Shown here: one piece after another, positions 12,541 to 24,991 of the stretch
Position numbering within the stretch: position 1 is the first letter of the stretch
Layout of the letters: every line of letters starts with the position of its first letter
NCBI GenBank assembly: GCA_964106915.2
Contig: OZ066915.1
Strand: one strand, 5' to 3'
From: Podarcis gaigeae
Lineage: Eukaryota
Length of the DNA: 64,000 nt
Notes under the pieces: generated by a model
Seen by the model: the letters and a program-made list of their open reading frames with translations, nothing else
What the model was told of the DNA's origin: nothing
Database searches by the model: none
Position numbers and translations under genes: made by a program

Positions 12541-13291
12541 TATTATTTCTCTTTTGACATACCACCACAATATTTCTAAACGGTGGGCAGTTTATAAATC
12601 CCATAAGTAAATAATGGAGGAACACATTAGGGTGTTGCCAGTGCACAAGCCAAGGGGCAGAGAGAGAGGGAGGGAGGGAGGGAGGGTGGAAGGGATAGCT
12701 TGAGACCCTCCTCTAGAGGCTCTGAGAATACACTGGCAACCACACACACACCTACTGAGCCAACAGGTGCATGAGATGTTCACTACAACTGTGTCTACCA
12801 GGGTGTGGGCCAAGGGAGCCAGAGCTGACAGGAATTGTTCTCCTGGCATGCTGGCTGTGAAAGGGACAGGCTGCACCTGCGGCTTCAGGTCACTGGTAGC
12901 CTCATTCTCCCAAGCCCCTTCTTCCTTTCATGGGCATGTCCTGGCCTGCCAGCCTCATTGTGCCACACATTTGCCTCGGCCGAGAAGCACGTCAGCCAGT
13001 TAACGGCTGGATGCCATGGATGTTGTTTATATTTGTTTACCTCTCTGGCCTCCCAAAGGTACGCGGAAGGAAGGAGGCGAAGTAATTAAGGAGCCGGGCT
13101 CCCTGGGGCAGGTCACTCTGCAGGACGTGCATCTCGACTGCCGCCAAGCAGGCCAGCAGAGCGCAGTGACGTGGCAGAACCTCACCTGGCTATCTGTCTC
13201 TCAGCCCACCTTGGTTTTAGCCCCTACGCTCAGCAGTTGATGCAGGGCGCATTCAAGTCACATTTGCCCTTCACTTGTTAAATCCACTTGT

Positions 13292-13505
13292 TAAATAGGT
13301 ACCGCTCCGGCTGGAAGGTAAACGGCGTTTCCGTACGCTGCTCTGGTTTTGCCAGAAATAGCTTAGTCATGCTGGCCACATGACCCGGAAAAACTGTCTG
13401 TGGACAAACGTTGGCTCTCTTGGCCAGTAAAGCGAGATGAGCGCCGCAACCGCAGAGTTGTTTGCAACTGGACTTAACTGTCAGGGGTCCTTTACCTTTA
13501 CCCTT
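13292..13505 (+). mobile_element. Sauria SINE 3' half
   Basis: TAAATAGGTACCGCTCCGG...GGGGTCCTTTACCTTTACC. Confidence 0.85.
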
Positions 13506-15239
13506 AAGGCTGCTGGGGTTTTTTAACGACATGTTAAGATATATGCCAAATAATAGCTTGTTTTGTCACAAAGAAATGCATCTATTAAAATGAAGATGGA
13601 GCACACACATGCATGGGTAGGGTTACCAACTTTTAAATTGCCCTTCCCTTGCCTTTAACAGCAGCTTGCTGTATAGATATCAGCAGGGGGTGGTGCTTAT
13701 ATCTGTATAATGTTGTGAAAAGTGTCACCTGCTGATTTCTGCAGTTAAAGCTGTTAAGCACCAGAGAACAGACCAGTATGGTCAGTTGGCAACCTTTCAG
13801 ATAGCTTCAAAATCTCTGGGCCCTCTTTCCTCTATGAAGGATCCAAATCATAGCTGTAAATACGCATGCTGATCCAGCATTGGAAAACAAAATCAAACGG
13901 TCCCACAGCTGCTTTGGAGAAAATACTTTGACCTGAAACACTGCTCTCTACAGGGACCCAAAAAAAAGAAAAAAGAAAAAAGCCTAGCACACAAGCACTG
14001 GCACAGTGTGTTCTCTGCAAATCCCCTGGGTTGGAAACTCCCTATCTGGAGACAGTGCTCTGAGCTAATGATGTTGAGATTGGGTTGAGCACACACGCTT
14101 GCCACAGCAGATGGTGTTCTTTTTTGTGCTAGGCTCTGTAAACTGCAGATCTGAAGCACACTTGAACCTAAGCTGCAGGTTAGCAGCTTTGATTTGAAGG
14201 GCCAAAGTAAAATGAAATGCCACCAGCATGGGGCACCTGTGGAGGCCACTGTAAGCATTCAGATATACATTTATAACCATGATTATCATGCATACATACC
14301 TGAATTTTAAAATAATCAGGTTGGGGTTTCTCATTTGGGCTGCTATTATGATTTCAGGACAAGTGACCGACTGTGTAAGGTCATGGGTTGTCCTTGAATT
14401 TGTATGAAGTGGGGATGGAATGCAATTTAAAGCAAACAGACAGGTATGTGTGCATGTGGAAAATCAGGAACTTCCATTGTTCCCTTGAGAACCTGCAACA
14501 GAACTAATATTATGTGGGAACTGGCAACTGGGAAAGTATCCCTCTTGTTAGGAGGATTTTGTTAATGTCATCCAACAGAGGAGGAATAGACATAAAGAGT
14601 GAAGAGGACAAGACTGATTTACTGTCACAGCCTGATCTAGGATTTAATGCATGACAGTGTTCTGGAAAAGAAGCCAGCTGTGAGCTGATAGCCTCTGGAT
14701 GCAGGAAACCTCCGTCTGGTTCCTAGTTCTGCCAATTCAGTCTCTATGCAACACCAGAGGAAAATACCTTAGCCCTTTTATTCCCAAATGGCATTCTAGG
14801 ACCATCTAGGCTTCCTTTACTGAAGTTCTCTTGCATAGCCAAGGGCAGTGCAAACTTTTGTGAGCAGCAAGACACCTCTAGAAGTTCAATCCATTCAAAT
14901 ACAAAGCACTAGACACTTGCAAACTGTCCACCCAGATTGCTCCTGTGACAATGGCAAAAACAACAACACCCCGTTTAAGTGGGTGAAAGGAAATTAATGG
15001 CATGTGATAGGCACAGTTACCTGCTAATGACTGCAAAGCAAACCTCTTTAAAAGCACAGAAGCTGATCCCCCCTCCCAAGTGCTGGCAACTCAATATGGA
15101 GGTATTGCCTTCAAGCCTGTGAGAGATCTCTCCTGTTTGTGGCACACCAAGCTAGATTATCATTGGCTGTATTCCATATTCTGATACTCTAATAGTATTA
15201 GAATACTATTTAAGAAGTGAAGGGCTATTTTTGCACTTT

Positions 15240-15362
15240 GATGTGTTTTTGAACTGCTAGGTTGGCGGGAGAAAGGACCAAGCAACGGGAGCTCACCCCA
15301 TCGCGGGGATTCGAACTGCCGACCTTCCGATCTGCAAGCCCAAGGCTCAGTGGTTTAGACCT
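15240..15362 (-). mobile_element. Sauria SINE 5' fragment
   Basis: Reverse complement of the head (GGGGATTCGAACTGCCGACCTTCCGATC). Confidence 0.75.
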
Positions 15363-18319
15363 TAAGCAATGATAATAAAACAGAAAACCCTAGTAGATCC
15401 TTCCTAGATCCGCTCTCCAGCTGTGACAACAATATGAATGGCCTGGGGAACTCATGAGATCTTTTCCAGTGCTGGGTCTTTTTTAGAAGTGGTAGGATAA
15501 TAAACATGATTCAGTGATAGATTATTTTCAAATCAGACACCAAAACATGTCACTGAGGCTGCAACACTGCACACACTTGCCTGGGAGCAAACCTACTGAA
15601 CTCTTAGGACTTGTACTTCTGAGTAGACACACTTAGGATTCCACTGTCTGTCTCTTGCGCTAATTGTGTCACTCGCAAATGTTGTGAGATGATACAACAC
15701 CGAAAATAAGTCAAATGTAACCTGTATCCGAGGCAAGCTATATTGTTGCTTTACAAACCCAGTTTCATTTTGTAGGTGTATGCTGCTCTATAGCAAGTCA
15801 GATCATTGGTCCATCTAGCCCAGTAGATGAACTGGTAGCAGTTCTCCAGGGTTCCAGACAGATGTCTTCCTCAAGGCATGGGCTTTACCACTGAGCTACG
15901 GGCTAGAGTCAACTAATGAGTCCCACTAGCAGAAGCCAATGCAAGGACTTCTCCTAGTGCAATGGGGCTTTCCCATCTCTTCTCCCACCCCTGCACCTAC
16001 CTATTGGTTCAGTGTATGGGTCAAAAAAAACCCCAGAACACAGCACATGAATAGACGGGAGATCATTCCGCTTGCAAGCTGAAATCCTTATGCTGGGGGA
16101 ACAATCTCCTTAGCGCTTGGTTGAATTCCTTACATAGCCACCTCCCCTAAGTTAAGATGTTAAAACACAAGCTTGCAGTACATTATCTTGCAGGTGTACT
16201 AGTTGGGGAGTTCTGCCTGCAGCAATCTGTTGAGTGCACATTTAGTGGCCAACCTGAGTTTGCTTCTGCGTAATGTGTGAAATGGACTTCAGCTTCAGAT
16301 ATGAGAGCAATTCTTATCTAGTAAATCCTATGGCAGTTGCGGGCGGGCGGGCGGGCTGGGCTAGAATGCCCCACAAACCAAAATTGGTTGAGGAACAAAA
16401 CTGAACAATGAAGCTATTAAGCTTCAACATTTCCCATTTGGTCCTGGATTAGAACTGTAGCCCAAGACACTTGCTGCTTTTTTAAGAGCCTAAAATGTAG
16501 ACTATCCAGCTGATGAGAACAAGCACAAGAACTCCCAAAAAGAACAAAGGGGAAGAAGAAGAAAAAGAGCCCATTCCCACGAAATCTCTGGCTTCATTTT
16601 GCCAAGCAAAGGGGCATTTGAACAACATATCTGAATTTCTGGATTCTTCTCTGCACTGGAAGCTGGATTCCTCAACTTTGGACACTTCTTCATTACTATG
16701 CACCATGTGTCCAGCCCTTCTGCTCCCCTGCACCATTCCTTATTTTTTCCCACCCTAGTGAGTAATGTTAGAAGGGGACGAATTTTCAGGATGAGAAAAA
16801 AAAATGTAAAGGGGGGGTAGGGGTTGGGGAACCATCAGCTGTGACCTGCTCAGAAGGCAAGGCGTCAAATCCTCCTGAAGGAAACAAAAGCTGGGCAGAT
16901 TAGCATTTCCAAACTGAGCAAAGACTGGGCCCCATTGCAGAGCTGTTTATTCTAGGCGTTGATTTTCAATATTTAGAATGATTAGCAAGTGAAAGCAGGT
17001 TGTTGCCAAGATGGCTCTGTGCCAACCCCTGTACTCAATGGAAGAGAAAGAGCAACAAATAAAAGGATGGCAAGAACCAGTGAGGGAAAAAAGAGGAGGG
17101 CTTATGTGTATATTTTTCCTCTGAAGGGGAGAGCAGTTTGAGGTGTTGGTGTTTGCCCAGCGAGAAAGGAAGATAGTTTGCAGGACAGCTGGGGGAATAT
17201 GGTAAACAAGCAACAGAAAAGTAATAATCATGCTGATCCAAATGACGGGCCATTGTATTGTGTTGAACCTTTGCTCCTCAATAGTCCTCTGCACAGTCAT
17301 TATTTTCCCAAGAAGGAGCCAACCTCTGAAATGCTGTAGATTTGTTGCTGGCTCCAGAAAGAGCTACACAGCACTTGGATGGAATGAAATGAATCTTACA
17401 AAGGGAGCTATGAATGGGGGGGGGGGGCAGAGGGTTGTCCCTAATGCATGCAACTCATACATGTTCAGATTTAAACCTCTTGTTACAGCTGCAGCAAGCT
17501 TTTATTTACGGTCATGTTCAGATTTCTTACATCATTAAGATCAATCAGTTTTGACTCTACAAATGCGCTCTACCTCATGGATTGGGAACCTGTAGTCCTT
17601 CAGATGTTGTTGACGCCAGTTGCTACCATCCCCGACAACTGGTCCTGCTGAGAGTTGGAACCCAGCAACCAGGGGCATACATACCTAGGGGTTGGTCAGG
17701 TTGGTACCTGCAAAGGACGCAGGTCCAGGTGCATGTGTGCAAAAATCACTCTGGCTTGGAGTGGCTAGGAGCACACCAGCACACTCCCTGAACCGCTCCT
17801 CCACTGCACTGGACAGCCAGGTGAGGCATGTAAGCTCCTCTGGGCACCTTGGCAGAGGTGATGTGGGCCATTGCAGCAACCCTGCAGGGCCCCTCCCCAG
17901 TCATCCAAGTGCCCATTGGGGCTCCAAGGGCACATAGGACGGCATGTGTGTGTGTGCGTGCGCCAGTACAGTTCCTTGCCAAGGGTGCAAGGAAGCCTTG
18001 GAACACCTCTGCCAACAACCTCTGGAGAGGCTCCCTTCCCATCCCTGATCTTCTCCCCAGCTCACCATATAAACTGCATCCACAGATTTCCACTTACCAG
18101 CTAACTCAATTCTTGCAGCTATAATTAAGCCAGGTGGTTGTTTGAAAGTGAATCAACCACACCCCACTAAGCATATGGACATCCAGATGAGGACCAGGAA
18201 TGGCCAAGTTTACCCTTGTGTGATTCCATAAGCCTCAGTAATGCCACAGAATCCTGGAACTACATCTGGAGGAGTGCTGAACTACACAGACCAACCCCTT
18301 TGGATTTCAGCCATTGCTA

Positions 18320-18567
18320 GAACCAGTGTGGTGTAGTGGTTAAGAGCGATAGACTTGTAATCTGGGGAACCGGGTTCGCGTCTCCGCTCCTCCACATGCA
18401 GCTGCTGGGTGACCTTGGGCCAGTCACACTTCTTTGAAGTCTCTCAGCCCCACTCACCTCACACAGTGTTTGTTGTGGGGGAGGAAGGGAAAGGAGAATG
18501 TTAGCCGCTTTTAGACTCCTTTGGGTAGTGATAAAGCGGGATATCAAATCCAAAATCTTCTTCTTCT
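18320..18567 (+). mobile_element. tRNA-derived CORE-type squamate SINE (Squam3-like) with (TTC)n tail
   Basis: GTGGTGTAGTGGTTAAGAGC A-box, GGGTTCGCGTCTCC B-box, CORE-like GGGTGACCTTGGGCCAGTCAC, L2-like 3' end, TTC repeats. Confidence 0.75.
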
Positions 18568-19347
18568 AGTTGCTTAGGCAATGCCACCAGCCTGCTGAAA
18601 GCTGTGAATGGGCACCACTCCTGTGATGGTAGCAGGGAAACGACGGAGAGCACTCAGGTGCTACAGCAGTCAGTCTTCTGCAAGTTGGTGGTGCCCTCTA
18701 GATGTTTGGGACTACAGCCATTCTGGCTAGGGTTGACAGGAGTCATAGCCCCATACAGATGGCAGCACCAAGTTGGCAAAGCTGTGCTACAATACTAAGA
18801 ATAAAGAGAGGCATCCTTCCTGGCTAACAGAGGACAGGATCTCACTAGTTCATTAGTTGTCAACCGGGGCACCCTTGAGAGACTTTGAGGAACGTTCAGG
18901 GGAGCCCTCAGGGGGCCATTAACTTGCAACCCGCATCTTCCTGCATTATCTTTCTCTCTGAGGAACTTTCAGGGGAGCCGGTGGGGATACAACAGGGCAG
19001 GGCAAGGGAATCCCCACTTATGCGTTGACCAGGAGTGATGGCGCCTTGGCTCGCCAGGAGCAGGATGGCTGCCAGCCATGTAGAGAGCTACAGAGAGGCA
19101 AGAGAGTCCTGCCCAGGTAAGGGGGCGAGCAGTACAGAAGGGTGGGGAAGACCTGATGCCAGCCGGGCCCAGGGAACTTCTCCACAATCATTGCCAGCGT
19201 TTGGCTTCCTGGGAACTGGCTCACTTGGAGAACTCTGTGTTGCAATTCCTGCATTGCCGGGGGTTGGCCTACATGGCCCTTAGGGTCCCTTCCAACTCTA
19301 CAGCTCTGTGATTCTTGTTTTTATGGAATCAAAGTGGCAGATGCAGG

Positions 19348-20092
19348 CCGGGCCGTCTTAAGCATATCCGGCGCCGTGGTGCAAAGATCCCTCCGGCGCT
19401 GAGGCCCACCCCACCCCCCATTTCCTAGAGTTGTTGACCTTTTTTAGGAAAGGTTCCCCAGAGTTGTGACCTTTTTTAGGGGAGCTGACACCATGCTTAC
19501 ACATTATCTCTAACAAGCCCTTAGAACAAAATAAAATGAAGAAAATCTAATGAAGTCCTCAATTCCAAAGCAATAGGACCTTAAAACCCGCCCCCGTCTT
19601 TAAAGGACTTTTTGTTGGTGTTTGTTTTTAACCACACCAACATGGAGAACACGCTCTCAAGTCCATCCTTACCTCCAAACTGAGTCCTAATGGTAGTGCG
19701 CCCCCCCCCCAGCATTCCCCTCCCACCGCCCCAAATCTGAATGAATCCCTCCTCCAACTTTTTCCTCGATGGAAGGATCGGAGGGTGACGTTCTTGGCCC
19801 CCCTCCCCATCCTCCCTGCCCCCTGCGCTGGGTAGCTTGAAGCTCACTTGCCACTTGGGGCGGGCAAGAGGGAGAAGGGCGCTGTGTAGCTTTGCGTGCC
19901 GCCGCTGCCACTGCCTGCTCTCCTGGGCAGGAAGCAAGAGAACGCAGCTGGCCATAGGAAGAGCCGCCGCCGCCACCCAGCATGCCATCGAAGCTGTGCC
20001 TGGTCGGTCCCAGACTCCTGTTGCTGGGCACCCCTGATGGGTGGGTGCCATGGCGCAGGGCACCACTAACCCTAATGGGTAAGACGGCCCTG
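19348..20092. mobile_element. Non-autonomous hAT DNA transposon (745 bp)
   Basis: TIRs CCGGGCCGTCTTA and TAAGACGGCCCTG. Exact 8-bp TSD GATGCAGG at 19340-19347 and 20093-20100. Confidence 0.88.
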
Positions 20093-23000
20093 GATGCAGG
20101 GGTGTGAGAGAGGAATGTGTCCCTCACCCCATAGGACACCCCAGTCATTTCAAGTGTCTTGGTCAGGTGTTCTGGAGGCGGGAAGTGATTGTGCACACAC
20201 CAGAACAAAACATTCTCATTTGCTGTTGGGGAAAAGGCAATTTCCACTAGCCCAGACCCGTGGGAAAGATGCTCAGGCCCTCTACCAACAAGAGGCCTGC
20301 CTAATCCGAAGAAGCCTGCAACTAACCCATTGTCTAGAAGGGTTGCGTTCGCCTCAACTGGGGACTGGGGAGCAAATTGCTCTAACCCGAATTAGCTGCA
20401 TGGCCATGGAAGAAAAAGAAGCAGCAAGCAGGGTCGATGGCCATTGCACAGTTTGCGTTGCACAATTCTTGTTTGAGCTGCCAAACTGCAATGCATTTGC
20501 TCTGCTCGCGCACACAGGGAAGAAAAAACCCTTCCTTTCTTCCCCGCTTTGGAAAATAGCCCTCAACGCTTTTTGTGAAACTGACTGGCTTAAACAAACA
20601 AATAAGATTCCACCACGTTCCCCCCTCCACACACAAAAACCCCTGGCAAGCTCTGCTCGCTCCTCCCCACCCTGGTCTCGCTTGTGGTTTTGCAGTTAGG
20701 GAGGGAAGCGCGCCACTTCCCCCGGGAATGGAGCGAGGCCTTGAGGTGCCTGGGTGGGGAAGAGTCCTGCCCACAAGCTTTGGTGTTGGAAAACTCCTGC
20801 TTTTACCAGGCAAGCCCGGGCAGGCCGAGCAGCGAAAGGGCCGTGACCTGCCTTTCTCGGTGTTTCTCCCCCCCCCCCCTTCTTTTTTCTCTCCCTGAGT
20901 ACACATAGTGCTTTGTAAGAGGCGCTGTAGTCTCCCCCCAAGCTCACGTTGGAGGGCAAAGTTGACAACCCAGGGGGAGAAAGTTTTATTGTCTCGCATT
21001 CTTTGCGCTCAATCTCCTCCTTGTTGGCTGCTGGAAAGCGTCAAGCTCTGAGGGAATCGAAGTTTAAAAATAATAAGAAAAAGAGGAAGAAAAAAAGGGG
21101 GGGGGAAACAAGACCCCCGGCTCCAGTCCCCGCCCCCACCTCTCGCCCTGGTTACGCCACCGTTGTTCCCATCTACTCTCCCCGCCACCCCCGTTACAAA
21201 CGCATATTGTGGGCTGCTGTTGCACACAAACGTTTGAAAGGGTGGACCCGACCCAACCCCTCACTGGTGGGGTGGAAAACCACTCAGAAACTTGTTTCGT
21301 TTTTAAAAACTGGACAAAAGGTGGTGGTTTCTCTCTCCTCACCTCCCACCCCTTTCCTCCTAAGCCTCGTATGACGATGCGGCTTTTATTTCGCTTTCCC
21401 TCCTGGGGCCTGGCTGACACTTTGCTGCTGCAAGAATCGTAGGAGGTTGGGTTGTTTTTTCATCCGCTTCCTCGTTTCCCTTTTATATTTCAAAGGGTTT
21501 CCATTTTGCAGGGGTGGGGGAGAAGCCGAAGAGAGTGGGCGGGGGTCATTGCTTTTTTTTAAAAAAAGGCGCTGGTTGGCACAGCTGTTTTTGACAACTG
21601 CCCGGGCTAAACAACACGTAACTTGGGAGGCCTGCTGTCCCCCTGACAGACGGATTTGTACTTACTTAAAAGCCGTGGGGGTTGAGCTGGAGCAGCATTG
21701 CTTGGTGTGGGGACGTGGTTGACCCGCTGTCAGTCCCACTTTTCCTCCGCATTTAAACCTTCCCAAGCTCTTGGTGGCCCCATGGGAGCCAAAATCATAC
21801 AGGTACCTGGATTTTCCCAACCCCAGCAACTTCAAGGTGATGGAGGGGGTTTTATATTGTGAAAACAGAAGGGGGGGGGGGGGAGAAGGATGACCACACA
21901 CACACACACAATGCAATCACGGGTTTCTCTCTTGTAACTGGGTAGTTTGGGCTGCCTACAACAAGGAGAGTTGAAATGTCCTGTTGTTGGGGAATTGATG
22001 TCCTTTCTACCTCAGTTGATGCCTTTTCTGCATCAGTAGATTTGCTATGGAGCCCCCTGCACATGTGCACACGTGGCCTCTTGGATGCTGGCAAGTGAGA
22101 TACCCCAGCTGTGGTACATAATAGGAAATAAAACGAAAGGGATCTGAGCATCTCAGAATTCACTCAATGGTACTGTGGTCCACCATTATTATTATTTTAA
22201 TGATAGTTTGGAAGACTTTTGTTGCAATGCCTCATGGATACCAGTCTCATTTGGTGGGAATATTAAGAGTTGGAGGGGAGAGAAGTTGGGGGTACAGGCA
22301 GGCGGCAGGTAAATGGGTGAGGAGGGAGGAGATGCAGGGCCCTTTGCTCATGTACAACAGGAGTGGGGAACCCATTGAACTCCAGCTCACATCATTCCTA
22401 GACAACATGGCTAGTAGATAGTGCAGAGATGATGGGAACTGTAGTCCAGCAACTTCTGGAGGGCCACAAAAAGTTCAGCTAGATAGAGAAGTCAGATTGT
22501 TAGGAGTTGAGGCAGGCTGAATCCCTGTGCCCCCTTTTTAATTCTTGGATTATCTGAGCTAGCTTCCTGGTGAGGTGTTGGGACATTAAGTGGAACGAAG
22601 GAAGGGGCTCTGTCGAGATGCCACACCTCCATGTAATAATGATTTTAAAGGTCTTGTGCTTCTTACTAGCTGCCAGTTTCCACTTTCCCTATGGCAGTAC
22701 CAAAGGTGAAGGTTTCATGAACCAATGCAAATTCTCTAACATACTCCCTAGCTTATGAGACTGCTGAAACTTCCTATTAAAAAAATACATGGATGCCTCC
22801 TATTGAAGCTGCCATACCCCAGTGAAGCATGGTGTCCTATAAGCTCACAATTTTGACCTGGTATCACCCTAAAACAACCCACTCACTACATGGCTTGACC
22901 AGTGTGTGGCTGGCATTCTCTCCTGTGCTGTTCCTCAAGTGCCTTTGTGCCACTCAAAGGTCATTAGTTCACCCTCCCTAACCTTTCATGTTTCCTTACC

Positions 23001-23705
23001 TCTCCTTGCCTCCAACATCTTCACAGAAGCAATTGCTTCTGATCATAATTAGCCTCAAGTGGATTCATCTATTACTGTCTCCTTTGTGTGTGCTTCACTC
23101 TCGTGCTTTTCTCAGGGTACCTGGGCCATCTCTTCTCCACACCAGAGCTTTCTAGCTTGGAGTGAGCACAAGATAGTTTCCACTACAGAAATGGACTGAA
23201 TTTTCTTCATTTCATCAAGTCCCACCCCCCACGAGAAGGGTTGGGGGATCTTTTTCCAAATTAAAGGCCACATTTCCTTCTGTGCAACCTTCCAGGAGCC
23301 ACAGGCCAATGAGGTACCTGGCCAGAGCAAAGGAACTAAATCTCACCTCTGTACCATAAACTACTTTCTATCCTCACCCAGAGGGCATTAGCAGAGCTCA
23401 AGGACACATTCCAAAGCAGGGCAGTTGAGGGGGGTGGCTGAGAAGGGGGGTGCAGCTTGGGGAGAGGGGTGTGGAGGGCCACAGTCAGTCCCCAGGCCTG
23501 AGGTTCTCAACACCTACTCTAGAGTGTGAAGTGCTACCTCAGTCCCTTCTCTGTTCTCTCTGAAAAGGAAAGGATACTAATACACGATACTAATATACCT
23601 TTTCAGCTATGCTAAATTATATCTTGAACCAGTTCCATTTTGCAGGTAAACCTTTATTTGGAACCCCACGGTGCAAAAAGATGACTAAGAGCAGGAGCAA
23701 AGCGC

Positions 23706-23741
<36 letters not shown>

Positions 23742-23792
23742 AACACACCCATGCTGCTCCTCTCCTCCTGAGTGTCTTTTCCTTGTCTTCAC

Positions 23793-23941
23793 CCTGAAAG
23801 ATAGCTCACTTGGTAGAGCATGAGACTGTTGGTCTCAGGGTTGTGAGTTTGAGCCCCACGTTGGGTAAAAGATTCCTGCATTGCAGGGAGTTGGACTAGA
23901 TGGCCCTTGTGGTCCCTTCCAACTCTACACTTCTATGATTC
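23793..23941 (+). mobile_element. tRNA-Lys-derived SINE with CR1 tail
   Basis: Same family as 1827-1971. Confidence 0.78.
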
Positions 23942-24765
23942 CCAAAGCTGCTTTTTGTCCTGGGCTTGTTAAAGGGTCCATCAGAGCAATGTAACATGCT
24001 TCTGCCCGTGATATCTAATGTGATGCTAAAATATAGGGAGCTGGTGGTGCCTGCAAATCCCACTTATAGTAGGGTACTCTTGAGTTCAAGCTGGGCTGCC
24101 AAGTGAAAAAGAATCATTGGCTTTCCTGCTATCAAAGTGACACCAGGTGATTGGCAGGTGATGGCTCCATCCGCCTGTCAAAGTGAACTTCAGGGGGTGG
24201 GAAAATCCACCCTTGCCCTGAATCATTGAGTTCCAAAATGCTGCTCACTCCCTGTTTTTGGTCTTGCCTTTAGGTTGCCCTAGTACGCCTGGGTCGCTCC
24301 TCTTCACTACTGTAGCTCTCTGTCCTTCTGTGTTAACTGTTTGTGGAATTACAGCTAAGGCTCCACAAAGGAAGTAGACATCGCAGAGGAGGTTGCCTTG
24401 CTGGGTGAATGTGCAGGGAAATATAAGAAATGAAGTGCTGAGCATCATGTCTCCCTAGTAGAAATCTCACTGGTTATATAACATAGTTCAGGAAAGCCCT
24501 TCCCATAATCCCAGGTCTGATTGCATTATGCATCATTGGTGCATCAAAGTGTGATTGGGAACTGCCCAAAGCCATTTCAGTCCCCAAAGTAGGCCTAAAC
24601 TAGCTTGAAATGAATCCAGACGATCTGGGGAAGTGACTGTAGCAAGCTCTGGCCATGTTTTATTGGATGAATTTCAGTTGTTACAGTCTGGAGATGCGAA
24701 TAATTGTGCTACAATTGTGCTGACTACTATCAAGTTGACTTGACCTTTGTCTTTCATGGTTAATA

Positions 24766-24991
24766 CAGTGGTACCTCAGGTTACAGACGCTTCAGGTTAC
24801 AGACTCCACTAACTCAGAAATAGTACCTCGGGTTAAGAAGTTTGCTTCAGGATGAGAACAGAAATCGTGCTCCGGCGGCGCAGCAGCAGCGGGAGGCCCC
24901 ATTAGCTAAAGTGGTACCTCAGGTTAAGAACAGTTTCAAGGTAAGAACGGACCTCCAGAACGAATTAAGTTCTTAACCTGAGGTACCACTG
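24766..24991. mobile_element. Tc1/mariner (Tigger-like) MITE
   Basis: CAGTGGTACCTCAGGTTA...TAACCTGAGGTACCACTG with TA TSDs. Confidence 0.88.

Noticed and set aside
19581-21722. Overlapping 100-200-aa ORFs on both strands
   Set aside because: Stop-poor GC-rich DNA (hAT element and CpG island) with homopolymer-derived peptides and no domain.
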